Positions 11,595 through 23,341 of a DNA stretch of 32,000 nucleotides are shown here, in pieces. Source of the DNA: Nitrosospira multiformis ATCC 25196 (GTDB lineage: Bacteria; Pseudomonadota; Gammaproteobacteria; Burkholderiales; Nitrosomonadaceae); the NCBI RefSeq assembly GCF_000196355.1, contig NC_007614.1, forward strand, positions 2,580,001 through 2,612,000, written 5' to 3'. The translations under genes were made by a program, and so were the position numbers. Below the pieces are notes generated by a model. The model did no database searches. It saw only the letters and a program-made list of their open reading frames with translations, and was not told where the DNA came from. Each line of letters begins with the position of its first letter. The first letter of the stretch is position 1.

Positions 11595-11873
11595 ATGCCC
11601 ACTGCGGTGGTACAGCCGGATAAGGAAGCGTTGATAAAACGCCTCAACCGCATCGAGGGTCAGGTACGCGGCGTGGCGAAAATGATCACTGAAGACCGTT
11701 ATTGCGTCGACATTCTGAACCAGGTATCCGCGCTTCAGTCCGCGCTCGACGCTGTGGCGATGCGTCTCCTTGAAAATCATACGCATGGCTGCATGCAGAG
11801 CGCGATCAAGTCGGGAGACGGAGACGCAGCAATCGATGAGCTGATGACGGTGGTGCGCAGATTCGCCCGCTAG
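11595..11873 (+). CDS. csoR: CsoR/RcnR-family metal-sensing transcriptional repressor
   Basis: KEALIKRLNRIEGQVRGVAKMITEDRYCVDILNQVSALQSALDAVAMRLLENHTHGC. The Cys ... His-x3-Cys ligand pattern matches Cu(I)-sensing CsoR. The start is uncertain: ATG 11595 is chosen, and in-frame ATG 11553 would overlap copZ. Confidence 0.85.
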   Translation: MPTAVVQPDKEALIKRLNRIEGQVRGVAKMITEDRYCVDILNQVSALQSALDAVAMRLLENHTHGCMQSAIKSGDGDAAIDELMTVVRRFAR

Positions 11874-11941
11874 CGTATTTCCGATCGAGGATAATTTTTT
11901 ATTGCAACGGTCGCAATCCCTTACAAGAAGAACTTCTCACA

Positions 11942-12673
11942 ATGAGTCCTCCTATCCTCGTTAAATCAGCCCTGATCGTCCTGCTGTTCATTGGGTTGCC
12001 TGCTATAGCCCGCGAGATTCCGGACACAACGGAAGAACGTGTGAAGGCATGCATCATTTGTCATGGCCCGGAAGATAAAAAGGGTAGAGATGAATATTAC
12101 CCTCGCATCGCCGGCAAACCGGAAGGCTATCTCTTCAATCAGTTACGGAATTTTCGGGATGGCCGCCGTCACTACCGGCCCATGGCCCTGCTGCTCGAAG
12201 GGCTGCCCGATGGCTATCTGTGGGAGATGGCCGAATATTTCTCCTCGCTAAAACAAGCCTTTCCCCCACCGGAACCAATGCGGGCTTCATCGCCCAAAGT
12301 CAAAATAGCGCGCAAACTGATCGATCATGGTGACGCAGGCCGGAATATACCGGCCTGCGTCGGTTGCCACGGCAAGGATTTGATGGGAATAGCACCGTTT
12401 ATTCCCGGCCTTCTTGGCCTACCGCGCGTATATATCATGGCCCAGTTCGGCAACTGGCAGCATGGAGCGCTGATGCGCGGACGAACGCCCGACTGCATGT
12501 CGGAAATAGCAAAGAAGCTTACCACCGAAGAGGTAAGCGCTGTCGCCATGTGGCTGGCCGCGCAACCTGTTCCGGATTCGGAAGAGAGGCATGCAGGCGC
12601 GGGAGTAGAACTACCCAAAAGGCTGGCAAGACGCTGCGCCAGCATCATTCCACAAGCGAACTCTCCCAAATGA
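11942..12673 (+). CDS. Dihaem c-type cytochrome (c4-like), exported
   Basis: 243 aa with an N-terminal hydrophobic signal (ALIVLLFIGLPAIA) and two CxxCH motifs (CIICH, CVGCH). Confidence 0.88.
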   Translation: MSPPILVKSALIVLLFIGLPAIAREIPDTTEERVKACIICHGPEDKKGRDEYYPRIAGKPEGYLFNQLRNFRDGRRHYRPMALLLEGLPDGYLWEMAEYFSSLKQAFPPPEPMRASSPKVKIARKLIDHGDAGRNIPACVGCHGKDLMGIAPFIPGLLGLPRVYIMAQFGNWQHGALMRGRTPDCMSEIAKKLTTEEVSAVAMWLAAQPVPDSEERHAGAGVELPKRLARRCASIIPQANSPK

Positions 12674-13959
12674 GATACGGCTTCGTCACAATCCTGATCG
12701 CCGGGTTTACCGGCCTGAGCATTTTGCTGGTCCCCCCCGTTACGCTGTCACCCGCAGCTGAAAAGCCGGAGGTAGCGGGGATACGCGATACTGCCGAAAT
12801 CGAGGCGCAACGAGCACGCGGTGCTTATCTGGCCCGCATTGGGAACTGTCTAGGTTGTCACACGGCCTATAGCGGACTCCCATACGCTGGAGGACACCTC
12901 CTCGATACTTCGATCGGCGTATTCATCACGCCTAATATCACATCTGATAAAGAAACGGGTATCGGCCTCTGGAGCGAGGAAGATTTCTGGCGGGCTCTCC
13001 ATAATGGGAGGGGGCGCGATGGAAATCTCCTGTACCCGGCATTTCCGTATTCGGAATATACCAAGGTATCGCGCGAAGATTCCGATGCCATCTTTGCCTA
13101 CCTTCAATCACTTCCACCCGTGAGGCAGCGCAATGCGCCCAACCGCATCAATTTCCCCTTCAACTGGCGTCCACTGCTGCAGGTCTGGCAGCTTATTTAT
13201 TTTTCTCCCGGCATATATCTTCCCGATACGCTGCAGGATGACGAATGGAACCGGGGGGCCTACCTCGTGCAGGGGCTCGGGCATTGCAACGCATGTCATA
13301 CCCGGCGCAACTTGTTGGGAATAAGCAAAGGAGATATCCTGGGAGGAGGTCAGCTGATGGGTTCAAACTGGTATGCGCCATCACTGACTTCCCTGCAGGA
13401 AGCCAGTACCGCGGATTGGCCGATCGAAGACATTACGCGATTGCTGAAAACCGGATCCGCTTCGCGGGCTGTAACTACCGGACCGATGGCGAATGTCGTC
13501 AGCCAGAGTCTCCAGTTCCTGACAGAAGACGACGCACGGGCGGTGGCGAAATATTTGAAGTCTTTGCCCGAAACCGAGCCTCGCTCCCGTGGAACCGCCC
13601 CTCCTCTTACCGAAGAAGTCGACAAGCAGCTTAAAAAAGGGGGACAGATTTACGAAACCTATTGCCAGGACTGTCATGGAAATCTGGGGGAAGGTGCCCC
13701 GGGAAGCTATCCGGCGCTTGCCGGCAACCGTGGGGTGACAATGGCATCCCCGACCAACGCGATCCGCAGCGTTCTCAATGGCGGATATGCTCCTGTCACC
13801 GAGGTCCAGCGGCGTCCCTACGGAATGCCGCCATTTGCGCAAGTGCTACCCGACAAGGAGATTGCACTGGTGCTATCGTATATCCGTAACTCATGGGGCA
13901 ACCGGGGAAGCCTCGTTACCCCGGAACAGGTGGACCGAAGCCGAAAAGGCGCACAGTAG
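12670..13959 (+). CDS. Trihaem c-type cytochrome (dehydrogenase cytochrome c subunit-like)
   Basis: Start placed at MRYGFVTILIAGFTGLSILLV (ATG 12670), overlapping the upstream stop as ATGA. Three CxxCH motifs (CLGCH, CNACH, CQDCH). The track ORF start at 12364 lies inside the previous gene and is rejected. Confidence 0.85.
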   Translation: MRYGFVTILIAGFTGLSILLVPPVTLSPAAEKPEVAGIRDTAEIEAQRARGAYLARIGNCLGCHTAYSGLPYAGGHLLDTSIGVFITPNITSDKETGIGLWSEEDFWRALHNGRGRDGNLLYPAFPYSEYTKVSREDSDAIFAYLQSLPPVRQRNAPNRINFPFNWRPLLQVWQLIYFSPGIYLPDTLQDDEWNRGAYLVQGLGHCNACHTRRNLLGISKGDILGGGQLMGSNWYAPSLTSLQEASTADWPIEDITRLLKTGSASRAVTTGPMANVVSQSLQFLTEDDARAVAKYLKSLPETEPRSRGTAPPLTEEVDKQLKKGGQIYETYCQDCHGNLGEGAPGSYPALAGNRGVTMASPTNAIRSVLNGGYAPVTEVQRRPYGMPPFAQVLPDKEIALVLSYIRNSWGNRGSLVTPEQVDRSRKGAQ

Positions 13960-14013
13960 AACGCGTCGGCGAGTCCACCTCGGCATTATCAGTGAGTCGA
14001 TGAAATATCCGGC

Positions 14014-15006
14014 CTAGCCACAGTAACCGTTGGCCTGGAACCAGTTCATTGCATCCTCGAGCGCAGCCGCAGCCGGGCGATAGCGATAACCCAGTTCTCT
14101 TACCGCCTTGTCGCTGGAGTAGAACATCTTTTTCTTTGCCATGGAGACGCTGTCCACGGTAGCGCGCGGTTCAACCTTGGTAACGGTGGACATTTTTTCC
14201 ATCAACCAGGCAGCGGGCACCATCAGCTTGACGGGAAGGCCAAGCCGCCTGATCCGCCTGCCTCTTATCTCATCGATTTTCTGCAGAATCTGCAGCAAGG
14301 TCATGTTTTCCCCCCCGAGGATGTAACGTTCGCCGGGTTTTCCATGCTTGTATGCCAGCAGATGGCCTTCAGCGATATCGTCAGCGTGCACGATATTCAA
14401 GCCGGTATTCACGTATGCCGGCATTCGATTGCGCAATGTATCCACCACGAGGCGGCCGGTGGGGGTTGGCTTGATATCACGCGGTCCTATCGGCGTGGAA
14501 GGATTGACTATGACCATGGGTAGGTCATGTTCCCGTGTCATCTGCTGAACAATTTCTTCAGCCATGAATTTCGATCGCTTGTAGTGTCCGCACATCGATC
14601 CCAGGCTGGAAGGCGTATCTTCGTCGGCAGGAACGCCATTTTCAGCCGTCCCCAGGGTCGCCACACTGCTGGTATAGACCATGCGTTTCATTCCAGCTTC
14701 GGCGGCTGCAAGAACCAGTGCCCGGGTTCCCTTTACATTGATTTCGTACATGGTATCCGGATTGGGTACCCACAGGCGGTAGTCTGCCGCCACATGAAAC
14801 AAGTTATCGCACCCGGCGACCGCCCGTTTCAGCGAGGAAGCGGAACGCAAATCACCCTCCGAAATTTCAACGGGCAACTTATCAAGATTTCGCCGGTCGC
14901 TTCCCGGGCGGACAAGACAGCGCACCTCATGGCCCGCTTCCAGTAAACAGCGCGTTACTGCGGAGCCGACAAATCCATTGGCTCCGGTTATTAAAGACTT
15001 AGTCAT
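14014..15006 (-). CDS. NAD-dependent epimerase/dehydratase family protein (dihydroflavonol-reductase / HpnA-like SDR)
   Basis: MTKSLITGANGFVGSAVTRCLLEAGHEV (Rossmann GxxGxxG) and an extended-SDR YxxxK (YKRSK). Start moved to ATG 15006 from the track start at 15051. Confidence 0.85.
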   Translation of the reverse strand: MTKSLITGANGFVGSAVTRCLLEAGHEVRCLVRPGSDRRNLDKLPVEISEGDLRSASSLKRAVAGCDNLFHVAADYRLWVPNPDTMYEINVKGTRALVLAAAEAGMKRMVYTSSVATLGTAENGVPADEDTPSSLGSMCGHYKRSKFMAEEIVQQMTREHDLPMVIVNPSTPIGPRDIKPTPTGRLVVDTLRNRMPAYVNTGLNIVHADDIAEGHLLAYKHGKPGERYILGGENMTLLQILQKIDEIRGRRIRRLGLPVKLMVPAAWLMEKMSTVTKVEPRATVDSVSMAKKKMFYSSDKAVRELGYRYRPAAAALEDAMNWFQANGYCG

Positions 15007-15347
15007 ATCTGACCCTTTCGACGTCTGGATTCGGGGGGAACCTGCGAGCAATCACTCGCTTCGTTGTCGTTCAGCGATGAATGCTGCTCCTGTCAGAGCC
15101 CACCACAGTTCGCAATGATCGAGGATCAGATGGCGGCGGACTCGAATCCGCAGAGGCGTTGCCTCGGGATGTTGCGCACTTACACAGCCTTCCATTTGAG
15201 GAAGAAGTAAAGTTCTTTATACGGGAATTCTGGATAATTCAGCAATAGATCATTATGTCTGAACCAGAACAAACGAAGCGTTACAAAGAACAAAATGCGA
15301 TCAACAGTATAAAATCTCTCTTCGCTCCACCTGCCAATCCCCTTCAA

Positions 15348-16991
15348 CTAGCTGCGGCTGGCCAGGTGCTTTTCCACATCTTCCTTACTGAAACCCAGGG
15401 CAGCCGCAACCCGATCCGCATGACTCACCCGGGAAACACCCGGAATCAGTCGATAGGTCGGGCCCTGCAGCGAAAATTCACCCTGGAGATAGCGGCCTAT
15501 CCCCTTGTCCTGCAAGCGCTCGCATAGCTCGTGGTTATGGGTAACCAGCAAGGTGCTTGCGCCAAGCTTGTAAAAACCAGCGAGAACGTACTCCGAGAGA
15601 TCCATCTTCTCTTCGAATGTCGTTCCCTCCGAAAGCTCATCCAGCACGACGAGACTGCGCGGCGTGGAATTGAAGAAAATTTCGCGCGTGCGTTTCAACT
15701 CGTGGCCAAAGCGCCCCATGCCCTCATCCAGATGGCCGGGGTCCGGTACCTGGTAGAAAACATGCTCAGCCAGCACCAGCCACCCGGCAGCGGCGGGAAT
15801 ATAGCAACCTATCTGTCCCAGCAGTTGAATCTGGACGACTGTCTTGCAATACGCAGTTTTGCCGCCGCTGTTGGGTCCGGTAATGACCAGCAAGCGGCCG
15901 GCATCATCGAGCGAAACATCATTCGGCACATAATTGGAGTTGGTCCTCGCGAGTACGGGATTCCGCGCTTCCCTGACTTCCAGGGTGTGCCGCTCGCTTT
16001 CCGATATTTCCGGCAAAGTCATCTTGCCGCCGAAGGCTGCCGAATAGCGATGGAAGGATAGCAGTTCGTCGAGCATTCCCAGCACATCCACCAATCGTGC
16101 CAGTTCAGGGCTGTGCTTGAACAGCTTGCGCAGTGGATAGATGACAGTATCGCGATCGGAGGCGGCAATTGCGATCAGAACAACGGGTAAAATCGGCACT
16201 GCCAGCACAAGTATCCCATAGCCGAGATAAGCGATGCCGAAACTCGCCATTAACCCCTGAAAAAAATAAAGCGCCGCACCGAGCGCAGCCACAGCGAAAA
16301 ATACCGGAATCGGCTTGAACATGGAGGGCGTGAAGCGCGAAAGCGGCAGATAGTGCGGTTTTTCTTCCCGGGTCTTGAATTTTCCTTCCGAGACATAGAC
16401 CGGGCCGCGCATCAGAGAATAAATCCTCGATTTGCCAAAGTCGCGAACAGCCTGAAATAGCTCCCGGAGATAAGCACTTTGCGGCTGAGGTAGATTTTCC
16501 ATCGTCTCGACCATGTCGATTGCAAATCCCGTGCCATCGATGAACTGGTGGTAGCCGTAACCGCTGAATTCCATTTCATCTTTACCGCCCCTGGAATTGT
16601 CTATGGCAATTCCCCCGGTAAAAGTACCGTAGAGTAAATGATAAAGAGACCGTTCTCCCCCTTTCATCGTATCGACGAAGTGCTGAAGCGCTTCACGAAG
16701 CATTGAATTTGACGCAAGTTCCCTTACTGCTTCCTGTTTCTTCTGAATCAGCGCCGCATCTGTCTCTGGTCGCGCAAGCGAGCGATAGAGCACGGATTGC
16801 CCCGCATGAGTAATAGCGTGATTGACCGAATCGAATAACTCATCGGCTTCGATTGCATCGAACGTTTTCGCATCCAGTACACTGTAGTCGTCTTCCTTCG
16901 GCCGGCTGTCTCGAATACCGCTGGGCTTCTGTCCACTGGAGAGAACAGGTTTTTGATTCCAGTATGAATTGGGAGCAGAGGGCGAATTCAT
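15348..16991 (-). CDS. MutS-domain ATPase with internal transmembrane segment (MutS-related, no mismatch-binding domain)
   Basis: 547 aa. N-terminal MutS core-like segment (LDAKTFDAIEADELF...THAGQSVLYRSLARPETDAALIQKKQEAV). A ~50-aa hydrophobic block spans aa ~227-278 (PIPVFFAVAALGAALYFFQGLMASFGIAYLGYGILVLAVPILPVVLIAIAA). C-terminal MutS domain V has Walker A ITGPNSGGKT, Walker B VVLDELSEGTT, and THNHEL. Confidence 0.85.
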   Translation of the reverse strand: MNSPSAPNSYWNQKPVLSSGQKPSGIRDSRPKEDDYSVLDAKTFDAIEADELFDSVNHAITHAGQSVLYRSLARPETDAALIQKKQEAVRELASNSMLREALQHFVDTMKGGERSLYHLLYGTFTGGIAIDNSRGGKDEMEFSGYGYHQFIDGTGFAIDMVETMENLPQPQSAYLRELFQAVRDFGKSRIYSLMRGPVYVSEGKFKTREEKPHYLPLSRFTPSMFKPIPVFFAVAALGAALYFFQGLMASFGIAYLGYGILVLAVPILPVVLIAIAASDRDTVIYPLRKLFKHSPELARLVDVLGMLDELLSFHRYSAAFGGKMTLPEISESERHTLEVREARNPVLARTNSNYVPNDVSLDDAGRLLVITGPNSGGKTAYCKTVVQIQLLGQIGCYIPAAAGWLVLAEHVFYQVPDPGHLDEGMGRFGHELKRTREIFFNSTPRSLVVLDELSEGTTFEEKMDLSEYVLAGFYKLGASTLLVTHNHELCERLQDKGIGRYLQGEFSLQGPTYRLIPGVSRVSHADRVAAALGFSKEDVEKHLASRS

Positions 16992-17226
16992 GATCAGGTT
17001 ATGTTGGAGTGATCAATTTCCGGGATAAGATTGGCAGCCTTTCTGAAATGAGGGATGCCCGGAGGAGAAGGCAGGGGCCTGAAAAGCAGTTTACGGCAGT
17101 GTAGCATCCCTTTGGTGGAAGGGCTGCTTCGACTGCGTGCCCATCGCTGTGCATGGCCACCTTTGACGTTTCAGTGAGAAAAGGCGATATCTTCCACTGA
17201 AAATCTACCACCGGGGCAGCCGCCCG

Positions 17227-18669
17227 TCAATGCGCGGCGAGCGGTGACTGGAGGGGACCCGGGGATTGGGGTCGAAACAGCGCATCGTTCACCTCCTTCA
17301 AATCCTCCTCGTCCAGTTCTCCCGCCTCTGCCTTCAACCGCAAACGTGACATGAGAAAATTGTAGCGCGCCTGCGCGAGATCCCGCCGCGCGGAATAATA
17401 CAATTGCTGGGCATTCAGCACGTCCACCTCGGTTCTGACGCCTACTTCCTGGCCAAGTTTGGTGGAATCGACCTGGCTCTGACTGGATACCAGCGCCTGC
17501 TTCAGCGCCGTTACCTGTGCAATGCCGTTGGTGACATTGAGATACTGCTGGCTTACCTGCAGTACGCTGTTGCGGCGGGTATTGTTCAGGTCCTGCAACA
17601 CCTTTTCCTGGATAGCCACTGCTTCGCGCACGCGCGACTGCACGGCAAAACCCTGAAACAGCGGAAAGCTGAGCTGTACCCCGATTTCTTTTGAGGTCAG
17701 ATCAATGGGACGCCCTGTGATCGTACCCCCCACCCCTTTCTGGTCGCTGTATATCGCAACGAGATCGAGCGTCGGATAATGCCCCGCCTGAGCCCGTTCA
17801 ACGTCCTTCTTTGCAATCTCGTACACCGCCTCCTGGACCTTCAGCGCGAGATTGTTCTGTTCGGCCACGCTGATCCAATCCTGCATCCTGGGGTACTTCA
17901 GCGTAAGCAGGTCGGAGGGTGTCTCCGTGGGATGGGCCAGATCTTCCGGTATCCGCCCGATGATCTGTTCGAGCGTTCTTTTACGCACTTCAAGTTCATT
18001 CAGTGCGCCTATTTCCAGCGCAGCCGTCAGATCGAAACGCGCCTGAGCTTCATGAGTATCGACGATGGTAGCAGTCCCGACTTCGAAGTTGCGCTTTGCC
18101 TGTGCAAGTTGCTCGCTGATGGCTTTTTTCTGCGCCTCTGCAACCTCCACGTTTACTTCCGCCAACAGAATATCCAGATATGCCTGCGCTACCCGCAGGA
18201 TCAGATCCTGCGCCGCCATGATGAACTCCGAATCGGCCTGTGCAACCTGAAGCTTCGATTGTTCGTAGATCGCGAAATTCTCCTTGCGATAGATCGGCTG
18301 AGTGGCGGTAATGGTCAGGCTCTGGTTATCGATGACAACTTCGGAAGGCCTGACGGCCACCCCCGTTCCAGTCGCGGTTCCAGTTCCGCCGATTCTTTCT
18401 ATATCGATCCACTGCCGGCGGCGCACACCCGCCAGCGTTACCGTGGGCAGCAGACCCGCCCGGCCCTGGGGCAGCTTTTCCTGGGCAGCCTGGTGCGTGA
18501 AGCGGGCTGCGCGAAACTGCGCGTCATTTTCCAACGCTTCATGATAGATGTCCATCATGTCCGCAGCTCGCAGCGGAGTGCTCAGCGCTCCGATAAACAG
18601 GAGCGCATGGACGTACGGCGCAATCTTGGATTTAGTTCCGGATTGCCTTGCGCTGCGTGAAAGGAACAT
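17227..18669 (-). CDS. tolC: TolC-family outer membrane efflux/type I secretion channel
   Basis: 480 aa with a signal peptide (ALLFIGALSTPLRA) and the duplicated OEP repeat architecture (YHEALENDAQFRAARF..., NLALKVQEAVYEIAKKDVERAQAGHYPTLDL...). Confidence 0.9.
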   Translation of the reverse strand: MFLSRSARQSGTKSKIAPYVHALLFIGALSTPLRAADMMDIYHEALENDAQFRAARFTHQAAQEKLPQGRAGLLPTVTLAGVRRRQWIDIERIGGTGTATGTGVAVRPSEVVIDNQSLTITATQPIYRKENFAIYEQSKLQVAQADSEFIMAAQDLILRVAQAYLDILLAEVNVEVAEAQKKAISEQLAQAKRNFEVGTATIVDTHEAQARFDLTAALEIGALNELEVRKRTLEQIIGRIPEDLAHPTETPSDLLTLKYPRMQDWISVAEQNNLALKVQEAVYEIAKKDVERAQAGHYPTLDLVAIYSDQKGVGGTITGRPIDLTSKEIGVQLSFPLFQGFAVQSRVREAVAIQEKVLQDLNNTRRNSVLQVSQQYLNVTNGIAQVTALKQALVSSQSQVDSTKLGQEVGVRTEVDVLNAQQLYYSARRDLAQARYNFLMSRLRLKAEAGELDEEDLKEVNDALFRPQSPGPLQSPLAAH

Positions 18670-18764
18670 CTTCGTTGACTACAGTTAAAGATAGACGGAT
18701 AGCTATAGGAGAGTACCCCTGGATACGTCGCGTGGACGGCAATCCTGAAGTGCGGGCCGAAAGA

Positions 18765-19436
18765 TCAGAATGTAAATCTTGCCGGCTGCTTCGCATTTCT
18801 GAGTGGCGCAATACAGGTTTCGAACAGGCCGACCGTGCTATACGCGCCCCCGCGCCCGTTTTCCTCCTGGGCCACGCAAGTAACCAGAAGAGCCTGCATT
18901 ACCGGTGGATCGCCCACTACAGCAAAGAGACGCCCGCCGGTTTTAAGGCTTTTCTGAAATCCCTCCGGCAGCACCGGAGTGGATCCGGTCAGGACGATAA
19001 CGTCATAGGGACCGTGCTGGCCCCAGCCGCGGGCAGCATCGCCATTTTCTATCAGAACGTTGGCAATCTGGTGGTTCCGCAGGTTTTTTTCGGCCATGGC
19101 TGCCAGTTCCGGCACAATCTCCACGCTATGGACAAACTTCCCCTTTTTAGCAAGCAGCGCAGTCAGGTAGCCACTGCCGCTCCCTACCTCCAGAATTCTG
19201 TCAGTATTATTGATTCTCAACTCCTGCAGAATCCGCGCCTCAACCTTGGGGGCAAGCATTACCTCGCCGTATCCCAGCGGAATTTCCATATCGACGAATG
19301 CAAGTGAACGGTAAGCTGCCGGGACAAATTCCTCGCGCCGCAGCTCGAACAATAGTTGGAGAACCTCCTGATCCAGCACTTCCCACGTGCGAATTTGCTG
19401 CTCCACCATGTTATACCGGCTTTGTTCGAGATCCAT
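18765..19436 (-). CDS. Protein-L-isoaspartate O-methyltransferase family protein
   Basis: MDLEQSRYNMVEQQIRTWEVLDQEVL... with SAM motif ILEVGSGSGYLTALLA. Start moved to ATG 19436. Lies upstream of tolC on the same strand, an arrangement seen in many proteobacteria. Confidence 0.85.
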   Translation of the reverse strand: MDLEQSRYNMVEQQIRTWEVLDQEVLQLLFELRREEFVPAAYRSLAFVDMEIPLGYGEVMLAPKVEARILQELRINNTDRILEVGSGSGYLTALLAKKGKFVHSVEIVPELAAMAEKNLRNHQIANVLIENGDAARGWGQHGPYDVIVLTGSTPVLPEGFQKSLKTGGRLFAVVGDPPVMQALLVTCVAQEENGRGGAYSTVGLFETCIAPLRNAKQPARFTF

Positions 19437-19513
19437 ATCCAACCATCTGCTCCTATATGAAATGTCATAACAAACTTGCAATTATTCCACATTTCCGTTA
19501 GCTTCACAGCAGC

Positions 19514-21612
<2,099 letters not shown>

Positions 21613-21622
21613 GCGACATGAC

Positions 21623-21640
21623 AGCCGGCTTGTGCCGGCT
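21623..21640 (+). terminator. Hairpin after thiC (possible terminator; no T-tract)
   Basis: AGCCGGC-TTGT-GCCGGCT is a perfect 7-bp GC-rich stem 10 nt after the thiC stop, but it is followed by TGCCGTTG rather than a U-run. Confidence 0.4.
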
Positions 21641-21911
21641 TGCCGTTGAAAAAGCAAAAGAGGAAGGCGGCAGGAGAATGCGGGCGAGATTCCATTGCCA
21701 GGACCTTCTCCTGCACGTTTCCCCCAAAAGCGTCGCAAGTATTCTCAAACCGAAGCGGTTTGATGCGATAATATCGAAAAAATAAACAGCCGCGGCTCGG
21801 CGTTACTTCTCTACTGGATATCCATTGCCTGTATTCCTTGGTAACACCATGGTTCATCCCCGTTCGTTCCCGGTTCCCCGCGGTCTCCCGGCTTCTGCCG
21901 GATAATCTGGA

Positions 21912-22733
21912 ATGGACTGGTTTCTTCTCCTCAAGGGGCTCATCCTTGGCATAGTCGAAGGTCTGACGGAATTTCTCCCGATTTCGTCCACGGGCCACCT
22001 GATTCTGGTCAGCGACCTGCTCAACTTCAATGACGAAAAGGGCAAGGTATTTACCATCGTCATTCAGCTTGGCGCGATTCTGGCGGTATGCTGGGAATAT
22101 CGCGTCAAGCTGCGCCATGTAGTGACGGACATCGGATCCCGCCAGGACGCAAACCGCTTTGTGTTGAATCTCTTGATCGCGTTTCTGCCCGCCGCAATTC
22201 TGGGTTTGCTGTTCATCAAAACCATCAAGCAATACCTGTTTCATCCGGTACCGGTCGCGCTGGCATTCATAGTCGGCGGCCTTCTAATTCTTTGGGCCGA
22301 GCGCCGGCCACATGTGGTGGACGTGGAACGGGTCGAAGACATGGACTGGAAGCATGCCTTGAAGGTGGGATTGGCTCAGTGCCTGGCGCTCATACCCGGC
22401 ACTTCGCGCTCGGGCGCCACCATCATTGGCGGCCTCTTCTTCGGCCTGTCGCGCAAAGCCGCTACTGAATTTTCATTTTTCCTCGCGATTCCGGTTATGT
22501 TCGCGGCGACTTTTTATGATCTTTACAAGAATCGCGATATCCTTCATCTGGATGATGCGAGCGTGTTCGCGATCGGGTTCGTGGCATCCTTTATCAGCGC
22601 TCTCCTGGCGGTACGAGGTTTACTCCGCTTTGTCAGCCAGCATGATTTCTCCGTTTTTGCCTGGTATCGCATCGGGTTCGGGATTATCGTCCTGATTACG
22701 GCCTACTCCGGGATGGTTCAGTGGTCGGGGTAA
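21912..22733 (+). CDS. uppP: Undecaprenyl-diphosphate phosphatase
   Basis: 273 aa polytopic protein with [20 protein letters not shown] and [10 protein letters not shown], the BacA/UppP signature motifs. Confidence 0.95.
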   Translation: MDWFLLLKGLILGIVEGLTEFLPISSTGHLILVSDLLNFNDEKGKVFTIVIQLGAILAVCWEYRVKLRHVVTDIGSRQDANRFVLNLLIAFLPAAILGLLFIKTIKQYLFHPVPVALAFIVGGLLILWAERRPHVVDVERVEDMDWKHALKVGLAQCLALIPGTSRSGATIIGGLFFGLSRKAATEFSFFLAIPVMFAATFYDLYKNRDILHLDDASVFAIGFVASFISALLAVRGLLRFVSQHDFSVFAWYRIGFGIIVLITAYSGMVQWSG

Positions 22734-22882
22734 GAAGCATTCCTTTCCAATGAGTTTTGCTCATGCACTGACGCTCTCCATTATTTTCCAGGTTATTGTC
22801 ACCGCGATAAGCACGTTCTGAACTTCTCTAGGGTCAGGATGAACAGGAGGTTCTAACTCAGAGCGATGGAAACGAAAGGCCC

Positions 22883-23341
22883 TCAACTCTGCACCCAAGG
22901 TAGTCCCGCCGCCTTCCAACCGCCCTTGGTACCGCGATGGCCGGTTGCATCTTTCTCACCTTCGAATCCTTCGAGAACGTTGTAGCAATTCGTATACCCC
23001 AGTTCGGAAGCAGTAGCTGCGGCCTGATGCGAGCGCCCTCCCGTACGGCAGATGAACATGACCAGCGATTCCTGATCTACCTGGCTGGAAAGATAGTTGA
23101 TGAAATCAGGGTTGGAACGCATTCCCGGATAAGACTGCCATTCGATTTCCACTGCACCGGGAATTCTTCCTACCCAATCCCATTCCGCGCGTGAACGCAC
23201 ATCCACCAGTTTCGCAGCCGGCGCTTCCTGGAGCAGGGTAAGCGCCTCGGCTGGTAACAGTGCCCCTTGGTAGGGCAGGTCCATTTCCTCGGCGCGCTTA
23301 TGCGCCCTTTCGAGTATTGCAGTAATTGTTTCGGTTTCCAT
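22883..23341 (-). CDS. Single-domain rhodanese-like sulfurtransferase
   Basis: LVDVRSRAEWDWVGRIPGAVEIEW and active-site loop CRTGGRS. Start placed at METETI (23341); the upstream extension to 23512 has no family-like sequence. Confidence 0.8.
   Translation of the reverse strand: METETITAILERAHKRAEEMDLPYQGALLPAEALTLLQEAPAAKLVDVRSRAEWDWVGRIPGAVEIEWQSYPGMRSNPDFINYLSSQVDQESLVMFICRTGGRSHQAAATASELGYTNCYNVLEGFEGEKDATGHRGTKGGWKAAGLPWVQS

Noticed and set aside
12364-12669. N-terminal 102-codon extension of the trihaem cytochrome ORF as given in the track.
   Set aside because: It lies inside the upstream dihaem cytochrome gene in another frame and is Arg-rich with no signal peptide. The ATG at 12670 gives a proper hydrophobic N-terminus and an ATGA overlap with the upstream stop.
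15135-15150. tRNA-like T-arm look-alike GCGGACTCGAATCCGC.
   Set aside because: The loop is 6 nt (CTCGAA) rather than the canonical 7-nt TTCGAAT. No complementary acceptor 5' strand (CGCCTCT) occurs ~65 nt upstream, and there is no anticodon or D-arm. It is most likely just a hairpin, and no tRNA is called anywhere in the window.
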